Origin: Myxococcota bacterium
GTDB taxonomy: Bacteria; Myxococcota_A; UBA9160; UBA4427
Direction of reading: 5' to 3'
NCBI GenBank assembly: GCA_965250285.1
Contig: OZ252299.1
Location: forward strand, 4,704,001-4,768,000
Length of the DNA stretch: 64,000 bases
This document shows, piece after piece, positions 40,749-49,905 of the stretch. The notes beneath the pieces were generated by a model, which worked only from the letters and a program-made list of their open reading frames with translations, was not told the origin of the DNA and did not search any database. Numbering within the stretch: position 1 is the first letter of the stretch; every line of letters starts with the position of its first letter. A program made the position numbers and the translations under genes.

Positions 40749-41165
40749 TCAGGGCAGCAGCGCGAACCCCGCAACTGCGCCCGTCCCCGCGAGCAGCACC
40801 GCGATGAACGCAGCCCAGGCGTGGGCTTCTCGCGCGCTGAGGTCGCCCTCTTCCAGGCGACCGCCGAAGCGCGCGACGGCGCCGAACGCGAGCAGCGCGA
40901 GCGAACCGATCAAGCCGTGAAATGTGGTGAGCGGTGAGACACCTTGCCAGAACGCGGTCGTCGCGAGGCCACCCAGAAAGCCGACGACGAGCAACCCGAC
41001 GGCGGGCTTGCCGAATCGCAGATGGCGGGCGCGATGTTCCTTGCGAGTATAACGACCGAGGTCGCCGCCATTGCGCGCGCTCCGCAGCGCAAGACCGTGT
41101 CGCAGTGCGACGAGGATCAAAGCGAGCGTCGTCACCATGAAGGCGGGGTGGACGTACTCGATCAC
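40749..41165 (-). CDS. DUF4079-like 4-TM His-containing membrane protein
   Basis: YVHP, RHLRFG, FHGLIG, AHAW. Confidence 0.7.
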   Translation of the reverse strand: MIEYVHPAFMVTTLALILVALRHGLALRSARNGGDLGRYTRKEHRARHLRFGKPAVGLLVVGFLGGLATTAFWQGVSPLTTFHGLIGSLALLAFGAVARFGGRLEEGDLSAREAHAWAAFIAVLLAGTGAVAGFALLP

Positions 41166-41181
41166 GCGGTCCACCGCTGCG

Positions 41182-41907
41182 TCAGTCGATCTTGTGGATG
41201 ATGGATGGCGGCAATCGCTTGCGGAGGCTGGCGGTGGCCTGCTCGAGATAGTCGCCATCGCGACTCTCGAGCGTCAGCATCACGCGGTAGTCAGGCTCGG
41301 CGATGCGCGGGTAGCTGCCGAGCTGCAGCTGCGGAAACTCGACGAGCAGTGCGTTCAGCTCGTCGGCGATGTCGCTCTCGTACGCCGTGACGTAGACGCG
41401 CTTCAGCTGGAAGGGCACCCCGCTGAAGCGATCGCGAATCGACTCGAACTTCTTCTGAAAGAGCTCCGGGATGCCCGGAAAGATGTAGACGTTCTCGACG
41501 ACGACGACCGGAAACCACAGATCGCCGGCATCGATGCACTGAGCGTCGGCCGGCAACATCGCCATCTTCTTCATCGCATCATTGAGCGGGCCGCGTCCCG
41601 CACGCTCCAGCCGCTCGACCATCCCCTCGTGCAGGGTCAGCTCGCGACCGAACGCCTTCGCGATGCTCTCCATCGTCATGTCGTCGTGGGTCGGACCGAT
41701 GCCGCCGCTCGTGAATACGAAGTCATTGGCCTTCGCAAGCCCGAGCACCTCTTCGGCGATGATGTCGACTTCGTCGGGGATCGTCTGAATGCGCGTGAGG
41801 TCGACGCCGAGCGCACGCAGCTCACGCGCCAGGAAGGGCGAGTTCGTGTCGACGATCTTCCCGGAGAGGATCTCGTTGCCGATGATGAGACAGCCCGCGG
41901 ACGGCAT
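41182..41907 (-). CDS. CinA N-terminal / COG1058 pyrophosphatase
   Basis: IIGNEILSGKIVDTN, TSGGIGPTHDDMT, FPGIP. Confidence 0.92.
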   Translation of the reverse strand: MPSAGCLIIGNEILSGKIVDTNSPFLARELRALGVDLTRIQTIPDEVDIIAEEVLGLAKANDFVFTSGGIGPTHDDMTMESIAKAFGRELTLHEGMVERLERAGRGPLNDAMKKMAMLPADAQCIDAGDLWFPVVVVENVYIFPGIPELFQKKFESIRDRFSGVPFQLKRVYVTAYESDIADELNALLVEFPQLQLGSYPRIAEPDYRVMLTLESRDGDYLEQATASLRKRLPPSIIHKID

Positions 41908-41980
41908 GGCTGAAGCGTAGCCGGCGGCCTGTCGCGCCGCGAATCCGGCCCTCACGGCCACGACCTCCTATGCTCGGTCC

Positions 41981-42277
41981 ATGGCGTCGCAGCACACGAT
42001 CCGATTCGAGCCCTCGGGCACCGAGACCCGCGTCGAGGCAGGCACGACACTGCTCGACGCCGCGCGAGCGGCCGGATTGCCCGTCGCGAGCGCATGCGAT
42101 CGGCAGTTCACATGCGGTCGCTGCGGCATGCGAATCCTGTCCGGCGACGAATCGATCGCCGCGGAATCGAAGCGAGAGGTGGAGATCAAGCGGCGCAACC
42201 GCGTCGATGCCAAGCTGCGTCTTTCTTGCGTCGTCCAGGTTCGTGGCGACCTCGCCGTGACCGCACCGTACTGGTGA
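41981..42277 (+). CDS. 2Fe-2S ferredoxin
   Basis: C-x5-C-x2-C (CDRQFTCGRC) and RLSC. Confidence 0.88.
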   Translation: MASQHTIRFEPSGTETRVEAGTTLLDAARAAGLPVASACDRQFTCGRCGMRILSGDESIAAESKREVEIKRRNRVDAKLRLSCVVQVRGDLAVTAPYW

Positions 42278-42299
42278 AAGCCCGAGCAACGAGCACGCC

Positions 42300-42695
42300 A
42301 TGACCCGCACCCACGACATCGCGATCGTACTCGTCGATCACGGCACACGCAGCGTCGACACGCGTGGGCATCTGCCGGCCGTGGCCGAACGCATCGCCAA
42401 GGCGCGCCCCGACTGGCTCGTGCGACACGCCCACATGGAGTTCGGGCAGCCCGACGTCGCGGCCGCCATCGAAGCGTGCATTGCCGAGGGCGCGACCGAG
42501 ATTCATGTGCATCCGTTCTTCTTGAACGAGGGGATGCACGTGCGCGAGACGATCCCGGAGCTGGTCGACACCGCGCGCGCAAAGCACCCCGGTGTCGTGA
42601 TCGACGTGACCGACCATCTCGGTCTCCACGACGGGATCGTCGACGCGGTGCTGTCTCGCGTCGACGCGTCGCACGATCGGCGCCGCGACGGCTAG
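42300..42695 (+). CDS. Short-form CbiX/SirB chelatase
   Basis: DHGTR, AHME, PFFL..GMHV..IP, HLG. Confidence 0.88.
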   Translation: MTRTHDIAIVLVDHGTRSVDTRGHLPAVAERIAKARPDWLVRHAHMEFGQPDVAAAIEACIAEGATEIHVHPFFLNEGMHVRETIPELVDTARAKHPGVVIDVTDHLGLHDGIVDAVLSRVDASHDRRRDG

Positions 42696-42704
42696 CCGAC
42701 CGGC

Positions 42705-43256
42705 TCACGCCCTACGGTCGAGATCCCACCAGTAGAGTCCCGCAACCACGAGGGCGTGCGTGATCGCGCCCGCCCCGAGCAGCCGAGGCACGTCGGCCGC
42801 CGGCACCAGCTCGACCACCGTCTCCTCAGTCGGCCCGTTCTGGATCGCTTCGACCTCGACCGCGCCTTCGACGAGGAACGTGTGGCACGTGTTGCCGAAG
42901 AGCGCCGGGTTCGGGTTGACGTCGCCGAGGCGGCGAGCACCGCCGCCCCGATACCCCGTCTCTTCGAGCAGCTCTCGCGCCGCCGCTGTCGCGGGCGCCT
43001 CACCGGGGTCGACCAGCCCACCGGGCAGCTCGAGCGTGACGTCGCGGCTGCCGTGCCGGTATTGACGAACCATCACGATCTCATCGTCGGGCGTCACCGG
43101 CACGACGTTCACCCAATCTCCCGAGTCGATGCGATAGAAGGGGTGGACGTCGCCCGTGTGCGGGCACTCGGTCAGGGTGCGTCCGACGGTGAAGACCTTG
43201 CATTCTTGAAGGGTCTCGGTCTCGATCGGGCGCCAGGGCTTCGGGTGGTCGGGCAT
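42705..43256 (-). CDS. NUDIX hydrolase (ADP-ribose pyrophosphatase-like)
   Basis: QYRHG, LELPGGLVDPGE..AAARELLEETGY. Confidence 0.93.
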   Translation of the reverse strand: MPDHPKPWRPIETETLQECKVFTVGRTLTECPHTGDVHPFYRIDSGDWVNVVPVTPDDEIVMVRQYRHGSRDVTLELPGGLVDPGEAPATAAARELLEETGYRGGGARRLGDVNPNPALFGNTCHTFLVEGAVEVEAIQNGPTEETVVELVPAADVPRLLGAGAITHALVVAGLYWWDLDRRA

Positions 43257-43429
43257 GGGGGCGAAGCTACCACGCGCTCTGCCGGGGTGTTTCGAGCGTG
43301 TCGGGTCGGAGCGTTCCGCGAGCGCGCGCTGGTGCTACGCTGCGCCGCGCCGAACCGCGGAGGCCACGAGCGCCCCCCTCGTCCACCCCCCGACCCGGCG
43401 CGCTCCCCGCCGCCAGCCCCGGAAACGCC

Positions 43430-45508
43430 TTGATCGACTCGACCGCCGAACGCAGCGCCCTCTTCGAGAAGGGCGGCCATCTCTACATGGTGGTGGCCGC
43501 CGTGTTCACGGGGATCATGGGTGCGATCGGCGCGGTGCTCTTTCGCCTCTTGATTCGCACGGTGCAGGCCCTCGCCTTCGAAGGGCCGAGCGAGGGCATC
43601 CCGAATCTGCTGGCAGAGGGCCTGGCCGCCGAAGCCAGCGATCCTCTCGCCGTCGCGCAGGGACTCGCATGGTACTGGCGCATCGCGCTGCCGATGATCG
43701 GCGGCGCCATCGTCGGCCCCCTCATCTACTTCTTCGCGCGCGAGGCGCGGGGGCACGGCATCCCCGAAGTGATGAAGGCCGTCGCCCGGCGCGGCGGCAT
43801 CATCCGGCCCCGGATCGTCGCGGTGAAGGCCGTCGCATCGGCGGTTTCGATCGGCACTGGCGGGTCGGTGGGTCGTGAAGGACCGATCGTCCAGATCGGA
43901 TCCGCGTTCGGTTCGACCCTGGGTCAGGTGCTCAAGCTCGACACCATGCGCATTCGCACGCTCGTCGGGTGCGGCGCGGCGGCCGGCATCGCGGCCACGT
44001 TCAACGCACCGATCGCGGGCGCGATCTTCGCGGCCGAGATCATCGTCGGCAACTTCGCGGTCACTCAGTTCACGCCCATCGTGATCTCGAGCGTCGTCGC
44101 GACGGTGCTGTCGCGGTTCTTCCTCGGCAATCACCCTGCGTTCGAAGTGCCCCCGTACGAGATCGTCAGCCCCTTCGAGCTGTTGCCGTACATGGTTTCG
44201 GGTGCCGTCGCGGGTCTCGTCGCCGTCGCGTTCATCAAGGCGATCAGCTTCTTCGAAGACTTCTTCGAGCGATCACCGATCCCCGAGCCCGCGCGTGCCG
44301 CCGCCGGCGGTGCGATCGTCGGCGTGATCGCTGTCTGGCTGCCCCAGGTATACGGCGTTGGCTACTCGACGATCACCATGGCACTCGCGGGCAGCCTCGC
44401 CGCCTCGCTCATGGCCTTGCTGGTCGTGGCGAAGATCTTCGCCACCTCGATCACCGTCGGCTCGGGCGGCAGCGGCGGTGTCTTCGCGCCCTCGCTCTTT
44501 CTCGGTGCCATGACGGGGGGCGTGGTGGGCACCCTCGTCGAGCAGCACTTTCCCGGCGCCACCGCGACGAGCGGTGCCTACGCCCTCGTCACGATGGGCG
44601 CGGTCGTCGCGGCCGCCACGCACGCTCCGATCAGCGCAATCATCATCATCTACGAGCTGACCCTCGCGATCGAGATCATCCCGGCGCTCATGACTGCGTG
44701 CGTCGTATCGACGCTGGTGGCCCAGCTGATGGAACGCGAATCGATCTACACCTCGAAGCTGATGCGCCAGGGCATCGATCTGCAGGCGAAAGAAGACCCG
44801 AACGTGCTGAAGGGGCTCTTCGTGCGCGACGTCATGAAGAGCGGGCCCGAGGTGATCCCCGAGAGCGCGAGCTTCCAGTCGATCGTCGATCTCGTCGTGC
44901 AGAGCGATCACTCGCAGTTCTTCGTGGTCGACACCGAGGGCAAGCTGCTCGGCGCGATCTCGCTCTCAGAGCTGCGGCGCTTGATCTACGAAGTCGATCA
45001 TCTGCGCCACGTCATCGTCGCCCGCGACCTGATCGACGACGCACCGCGCACGGTGACGCCCGAGCAGGATCTCGCCACCGTGATGCACCTCTTCTCGGGC
45101 AGTCACGTCGACGAGCTCGCGGTGGTCGACCGCAGCGACCCGAAGCGGCTCGTCGCGACCGTGACCGAGAAGGACGTCATCGACGCCTCGAACCAGGAGC
45201 AGCTGCGACGCGACCTCGCGGGGGGCGTCGCGAGCGGCGTGAATTCGCTCGGCCCTGGGCGCACCGTCGATCTCGGCGGGGACTACGTGCTCAAGGAGAT
45301 CCTCGCCCTGCCCTACATGTGGGGTCGCAACCTGCGCGAGCTGGCGATCCGTGAGCGCACCGGCGTGCAGGTGCTGCTCGTGCGCGGCAAGGGCACCGAC
45401 CGACCCCTGCATGTCGCGAACGCGGCCGACCGCTTCGAAGAGGGCCAGACGATCGTCGTGGCCGGGACGCGGGCCGGCGTGCAAGAACTCGAAATCGATC
45501 CCGGCTGA
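43430..45508 (+). CDS. ClC chloride channel/transporter with CBS pair and C-terminal TrkA_C/RCK domain
   Basis: GHGIPEV, GREGP, GGVFAPSL, SIY; start uncertain. Confidence 0.92.
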   Translation: MIDSTAERSALFEKGGHLYMVVAAVFTGIMGAIGAVLFRLLIRTVQALAFEGPSEGIPNLLAEGLAAEASDPLAVAQGLAWYWRIALPMIGGAIVGPLIYFFAREARGHGIPEVMKAVARRGGIIRPRIVAVKAVASAVSIGTGGSVGREGPIVQIGSAFGSTLGQVLKLDTMRIRTLVGCGAAAGIAATFNAPIAGAIFAAEIIVGNFAVTQFTPIVISSVVATVLSRFFLGNHPAFEVPPYEIVSPFELLPYMVSGAVAGLVAVAFIKAISFFEDFFERSPIPEPARAAAGGAIVGVIAVWLPQVYGVGYSTITMALAGSLAASLMALLVVAKIFATSITVGSGGSGGVFAPSLFLGAMTGGVVGTLVEQHFPGATATSGAYALVTMGAVVAAATHAPISAIIIIYELTLAIEIIPALMTACVVSTLVAQLMERESIYTSKLMRQGIDLQAKEDPNVLKGLFVRDVMKSGPEVIPESASFQSIVDLVVQSDHSQFFVVDTEGKLLGAISLSELRRLIYEVDHLRHVIVARDLIDDAPRTVTPEQDLATVMHLFSGSHVDELAVVDRSDPKRLVATVTEKDVIDASNQEQLRRDLAGGVASGVNSLGPGRTVDLGGDYVLKEILALPYMWGRNLRELAIRERTGVQVLLVRGKGTDRPLHVANAADRFEEGQTIVVAGTRAGVQELEIDPG

Positions 45509-45579
45509 CCCGCCGCACGATCCCGGTTCGGACGCGTGCGTTCTCGCGGGTCGCCCGGGTTCCCGTGGGCCCGGCGGCC

Positions 45580-46170
45580 CTATTCGAGCGCGATCGTGAG
45601 GCCCGAGGCGCCGGGCGCATGCGAACCGGCTGCACGACCTTCGAGATCGGCGGCGTCGCGGGTCATCGCGTTGCCGTCGACGTCGAGGCGGGCACTGACG
45701 TCCATCTCGCCGTCGAAGCGCATGCTCGGGATCATCACGTTCGCCTGACTCAGCTCGAACGAGAAAGGAAATCGCGGGCTCGGCACGCGCAGGACGGCCA
45801 GTGGCGGACCGGCGGTGGCACCCTTGGGGCGCGCGATGATGAAGAGGGTCGCACCCTCGGGCGCGGCCCCCGATGCGATCGTCACTTCGCCGCTGATCGT
45901 ATCGCCGCGAGCCGAACCGGCGCGCGAGGTTTCCTGCGCCACGGTCTCGCGGCCCGCTGCCGCCGCCTCGTCTGAATGATCGTGCTCGCCGCTGTCGGGG
46001 AAGATGCGAGAGAGGTCGGGCTGCTTGGCGTCACCGGGCTCGTAGGGCGCCACGTTTCGATCGCAGCCGGCGAACACGAGCACGGCGAATGACCCCGCCA
46101 GCGCGGCGACCGCGCGCAGGAGACCGAGGCGATCCGGGGCGCTGCGCGAAATCTGGACGAGTCGCTTCAT
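45580..46170 (-). CDS. Lipoprotein with CcmI/CycH C-terminal-like domain
   Basis: Lipobox FAGC; TLFIIAR..GPPLAV..FPFSFELS..SARLD.DG. Confidence 0.75.
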   Translation of the reverse strand: MKRLVQISRSAPDRLGLLRAVAALAGSFAVLVFAGCDRNVAPYEPGDAKQPDLSRIFPDSGEHDHSDEAAAAGRETVAQETSRAGSARGDTISGEVTIASGAAPEGATLFIIARPKGATAGPPLAVLRVPSPRFPFSFELSQANVMIPSMRFDGEMDVSARLDVDGNAMTRDAADLEGRAAGSHAPGASGLTIALE

Positions 46171-46310
46171 GGTGTCTCGGGTCTCCAACGCGCGAGCGGG
46201 GCGGCGCGGGCGAAGTCAACAGCAGATCTGCGAGCCGCGCCAAGCCGAGACCTGCGACGAGTCGATGCGGTCACGGCAAGCGGGTGATAGCCTTGTCGGC
46301 GACCAAGACG

Positions 46311-46432
46311 GAGCCTGGGGGTGGCCTGGCTCGACCCGAGTCGAGCGGGCCTGAGATCACACCCTTGGAACCTGATCTCGTCCGTCGCAGCCCGTGATTT
46401 CGGTGCCGCGGCGGCGAGCGTAGGAAAGGCTC
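46311..46432 (+). ncRNA. TPP riboswitch (variant with extended P5)
   Basis: P1 GAGCCT/AGGCTC; GGGG..CTGAGA..ACCC..GAACCTGATC..GCGTAGGAA; upstream of thiC. Confidence 0.92.
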
Positions 46433-46563
46433 GGACCGGCGCTCCGTTTCGATCCGTTCGGGGGCCTCGTCGCTTGCGCGGTCTGCAGGCAACGAGTCGC
46501 CCGACGCACCCGACCGGTAGCCGCGCGCAGGCGCGATGCCACCGGCTCGACCGGAGGCGCCTC

Positions 46564-48372
46564 ATGGCAGACCACGACGACGCGATCCACCGCACCCTGC
46601 CCCGCGCATCGGCGAACCCCGCCACGCGCGAGCACGGCACCACGCCGGGCAGCTTTGCCAACACGCCCGCCATCGGCACGCCGATGACGTTCAGCTCACC
46701 CGATACGCCCGGCATGCCGGCCGCTTCCGAGAAGACGGCGTGGGATTTCATGCCCCCCGACTGGCGACAGATCGGCGACGAGTGGGTGCCGCCGGCCGGG
46801 TTCGAGCCCGTGACCCAGCTCGAGCACGCGCGCCTCGGCAAGATCACCCCCGAAATGCGGCGCGTGGCCGAGCGCGAGCCACACCTGACGCCCGAGCAGG
46901 TGCGCGACGAGGTGGCGGCCGGTCGCATGGTGATCCCGGCCAATCGCGTCCACCTCGGCTACCAGCTCGACCCGATGGCGATCGGACGCGCTTCGCTCAC
47001 CAAGATCAACGCCAACATGGGCGCTTCGCCGGTCTCGAGCGGAAGTGAAGAAGAGGTCGAAAAGCTGCGCTGGGCCGAGCGCTGGGGCGCCGACACGGTG
47101 ATGGACCTGTCGACCGGCGGCGACCTCGATTCGACGCGCAAGGCGATCATCCAGAACGCGAAGGTGCCCATCGGAACGGTACCGATCTACTCGATGATCA
47201 TCGGTCGCAAGATCGAGGATCTCGACGAAGAGACAGTGCTTCGGTGTCTGGAGCATCAAGCGCAACAGGGCGTCGACTACTTCACGATCCACGCCGGCGT
47301 TCGCCGCGCCCATCTGCCGCTCGTGCGCGATCGGCTGATCGGCATCGTGAGCCGCGGCGGCTCGCTGCTCGCGAAGTGGATGATCCACCACGAGCGCGAG
47401 AATCTGATGGCCACGCTCTGGGGCGAGATCTGCCAGGTGATGCGGCGTTACGACGTCACGTTCTCGATCGGCGACGGGCTCCGCCCCGGCGGCCTGGCCG
47501 ACGCCACCGACGCGGCACAGCTCGGCGAGCTCGAAGCACTCGGCGAGCTGACCGAGGAGGCCTGGCGCCACGGCGTGCAGGTGATGATCGAGGGGCCCGG
47601 CCACGTGCCCTTCGATCAGGTCGAATACAACATGAAGCTGCAGCGCCGGCTCTGTCACGGCGCTCCGTTCTACGTGCTCGGTCCGCTCGTCACCGACGTG
47701 TTCCCGGGCTACGACCACATCGCGAGCTCGATTGGCGCGACGGCGGCGGCGTATCACGGCGCGAGCATGCTCTGCTACGTGACGCCGAAGGAGCACCTCG
47801 GCCTGCCAAAGCGCGAAGACGTCAAGCAGGGCTGCATCGCGTACAAAATAGCCGCTCACTCGGCGGACATCGCGCTCGGCATCCCCGGCAGCCGCGACTG
47901 GGACGACGAGCTCACCAAGGCCCGAGCCGCGCTCAACTGGGAGAAGCACTTCGAGCTGGCCTTCGACAGCGACACGGCCCGCGCGTATCACGACGAAGAC
48001 CTCGACGTCGACACCGACTTCTGTGCGATGTGCGGGCACGACTGGTGCTCGGTGCGCATCAGCAAAGAGATCGTCGAGTTCACATCGGGCAAGTCGGAGG
48101 AGTACGCGTGGGAGAAGCCGAAGGTCAGCGACGCACTCACCGAAGAGCAGAAGCGCATCCTGGAGCAGCGGGGTGTGCTGTCGCCTCAGGAGATCCATCG
48201 CCTGGCGTCGAAGACGCGCCAGGGCGTGGGCGCGAGCGAGGGCATGGCCGACTGCCACAGTGACGTGGCCTCGCGCGAGCTCGCCGAAGAGATCCAGCAT
48301 GAGCGGCTCGATCCCGCGACGCTCGAGCCGCTGGAGGGGTCGACGTCGGCCGGCTCACCCCAGATCGACTGA
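46564..48372 (+). CDS. thiC: Phosphomethylpyrimidine synthase
   Basis: KINANMG, GADTVMDLSTG, YFTIHAG, VSRGGS, GDGLRPG, EGPGHVP, CAMCGHDWC; GGAGG RBS. Confidence 0.97.
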   Translation: MADHDDAIHRTLPRASANPATREHGTTPGSFANTPAIGTPMTFSSPDTPGMPAASEKTAWDFMPPDWRQIGDEWVPPAGFEPVTQLEHARLGKITPEMRRVAEREPHLTPEQVRDEVAAGRMVIPANRVHLGYQLDPMAIGRASLTKINANMGASPVSSGSEEEVEKLRWAERWGADTVMDLSTGGDLDSTRKAIIQNAKVPIGTVPIYSMIIGRKIEDLDEETVLRCLEHQAQQGVDYFTIHAGVRRAHLPLVRDRLIGIVSRGGSLLAKWMIHHERENLMATLWGEICQVMRRYDVTFSIGDGLRPGGLADATDAAQLGELEALGELTEEAWRHGVQVMIEGPGHVPFDQVEYNMKLQRRLCHGAPFYVLGPLVTDVFPGYDHIASSIGATAAAYHGASMLCYVTPKEHLGLPKREDVKQGCIAYKIAAHSADIALGIPGSRDWDDELTKARAALNWEKHFELAFDSDTARAYHDEDLDVDTDFCAMCGHDWCSVRISKEIVEFTSGKSEEYAWEKPKVSDALTEEQKRILEQRGVLSPQEIHRLASKTRQGVGASEGMADCHSDVASRELAEEIQHERLDPATLEPLEGSTSAGSPQID

Positions 48373-48414
48373 AGCCGCTCGTTTTCGGGCTCTTTCACAC
48401 TTCGAAGCGCTACC

Positions 48415-48453
48415 AAAAACGAAACGCCCCGGGATGCGAACATCCCGGGGCGT
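48415..48453 (-). terminator. Rho-independent terminator
   Basis: 13-bp perfect stem ACGCCCCGGGATG, UUCG loop and TTCGTTTTT tail on the minus strand. Confidence 0.85.
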
Positions 48454-48496
48454 CGCTCGGAGCCTTACCCCCCCGGTTGGGCTCCGAAATCATGTG
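48415..48496 (-). ncRNA. Candidate small RNA (two hairpins)
   Basis: Sigma-28-like promoter upstream; 8-bp stem with G7 loop; intrinsic terminator. Confidence 0.55.
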
Positions 48497-48502
48497 TTGA
48501 AT

Positions 48503-48529
48503 GGATCGGCTTGTGCGGCGGGAACTTGA
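48503..48529 (-). promoter_or_regulatory. Sigma-28 (FliA/WhiG)-like promoter
   Basis: TCAA-N15-GCCGATCC. Confidence 0.55.
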
Positions 48530-48613
48530 GTCGCAAAATGCGCTGAACCTGCAGAAAAGTTGCGGCATGGTGACCGCCATCAAAGCCTGCACCCCCGGGG
48601 AGGCCAGCTGCTC

Positions 48614-49081
48614 GTGACCGAGACCCTGCGCTTTCTCAGCGTGCTGATCGCGGGTGGCTGGTTCGGAGCGATGATCCTCTTCGCGTTCGTCGTCGCCCCG
48701 ACGGCGTTCGGCGTCCTGCCCGGGGCCGAGGTGGCCGGGTCTCTGGTGGGTCCGGTGCTGCGTGCAATCCACCTGTTCGGGATCGCCGCCGGCGTCGTGC
48801 TCGCCGCCTGCGCCTGGCAGCTCGACCGCGCCCGCTGGCTGCGCTTCTTCCCACTCGTGCTCGCCGCGGCGAGCGCCTACTCGGAGTTCGTCGTCACGGG
48901 AGAGATCTCGGGCCTGCTCCCGCACGACGCCGAGGCTGGGCGCACACCCGATCAGGCGGCCCGCTTCGCCTTTCTTCACCAGCTCTCGATGGTGATCTTC
49001 ACCGGGGTCGGACTGGGGGCCGCGGCCCTCGTCTTCGGCCACGTGTGGGCAGATCGAACCGGGAGCGGGCGCTGGGGCTGA
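48614..49081 (+). CDS. DUF4149-like membrane protein
   Basis: WFGAMILFAFVVAPTAF, AGSLVG, FAFLHQLS; GGGGAGG RBS. Confidence 0.8.
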   Translation: MTETLRFLSVLIAGGWFGAMILFAFVVAPTAFGVLPGAEVAGSLVGPVLRAIHLFGIAAGVVLAACAWQLDRARWLRFFPLVLAAASAYSEFVVTGEISGLLPHDAEAGRTPDQAARFAFLHQLSMVIFTGVGLGAAALVFGHVWADRTGSGRWG

Positions 49082-49533
49082 GCGGCTCGCGATTCGGCGA
49101 CCTAACGGGTTGAAATCGCGAACGAAATTCGTAGCCCCGGCACCTTCGCTGGTGTATGCTCTGCCGCGCACAGGAAAGTCATTCAATTTCAAGGGCTTAC
49201 GCGAGTGGCCCAATTGCTGCATTCGTTTGATGATCGAGGTGGGCTCGATCTTCCGACGGCGCCGCACCGGGAGGCGCTGGCGCGCATCCCATGATGTGCG
49301 GGGGCCGCCGGGCCGCCCGTACGAACGCATATGATCGACTCGCGGGGACGCCACGGACGCGGTCGAGCCAGACGTCGAGGCAGGCCGGAGCGAGCCGCAG
49401 CCATGCGGAGCGAGCCCGGGCAACCCACGACGAAGGCGATCCGGGCGCTGGAAGGCCAAAGCCTGAGCGACGGCGAGAGCCAAGGTCAGAGCCAAGCCCA
49501 ACGCCAGAGGCACGGGGAGTCACGGAGGTTTCA

Positions 49534-49737
49534 ATGGACACCAGGATCAAGCTCTCGCTCGAGTTCAGCGTCTCCGAGAGCGCGCTCGAAGATGCGATGG
49601 CAGAGTACGACGAGCTGACCGTCGAGGGCCTGCTGAGCGAGCTCCTCGACAAGGCGATCGCCTGCGACGAGATCACGACCAAGGTCGTCGAGGGTCCGAA
49701 CACCCTCGAAGAGCTCGACGCCCAGAAGGCCTCCTGA
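49534..49737 (+). CDS. 67-aa acidic hypothetical protein
   Basis: MDTRIKLSLEFSVSES..; GGAGG RBS; strong codon bias. Confidence 0.8.
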   Translation: MDTRIKLSLEFSVSESALEDAMAEYDELTVEGLLSELLDKAIACDEITTKVVEGPNTLEELDAQKAS

Positions 49738-49905
49738 CCGGTCGGAATTCGGTGCCCGCCCGCGGGCGGGCGCGCACTGCACCATCAACCCAGGCACCCA
49801 GTCGAAACACGTCGAGTCTTCCCGCGCCGAGCCATAGTGCGCCGGGGAGACTTGCAGGGGCGAAGCTGCGCTCGCAGCCCGGCCATCCTGGTCGGGCGCC
49901 ATGCC

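Noticed and set aside
48415..48496. c-di-GMP or other riboswitch
   Set aside because: No conserved aptamer motifs recognised and no co-oriented downstream gene
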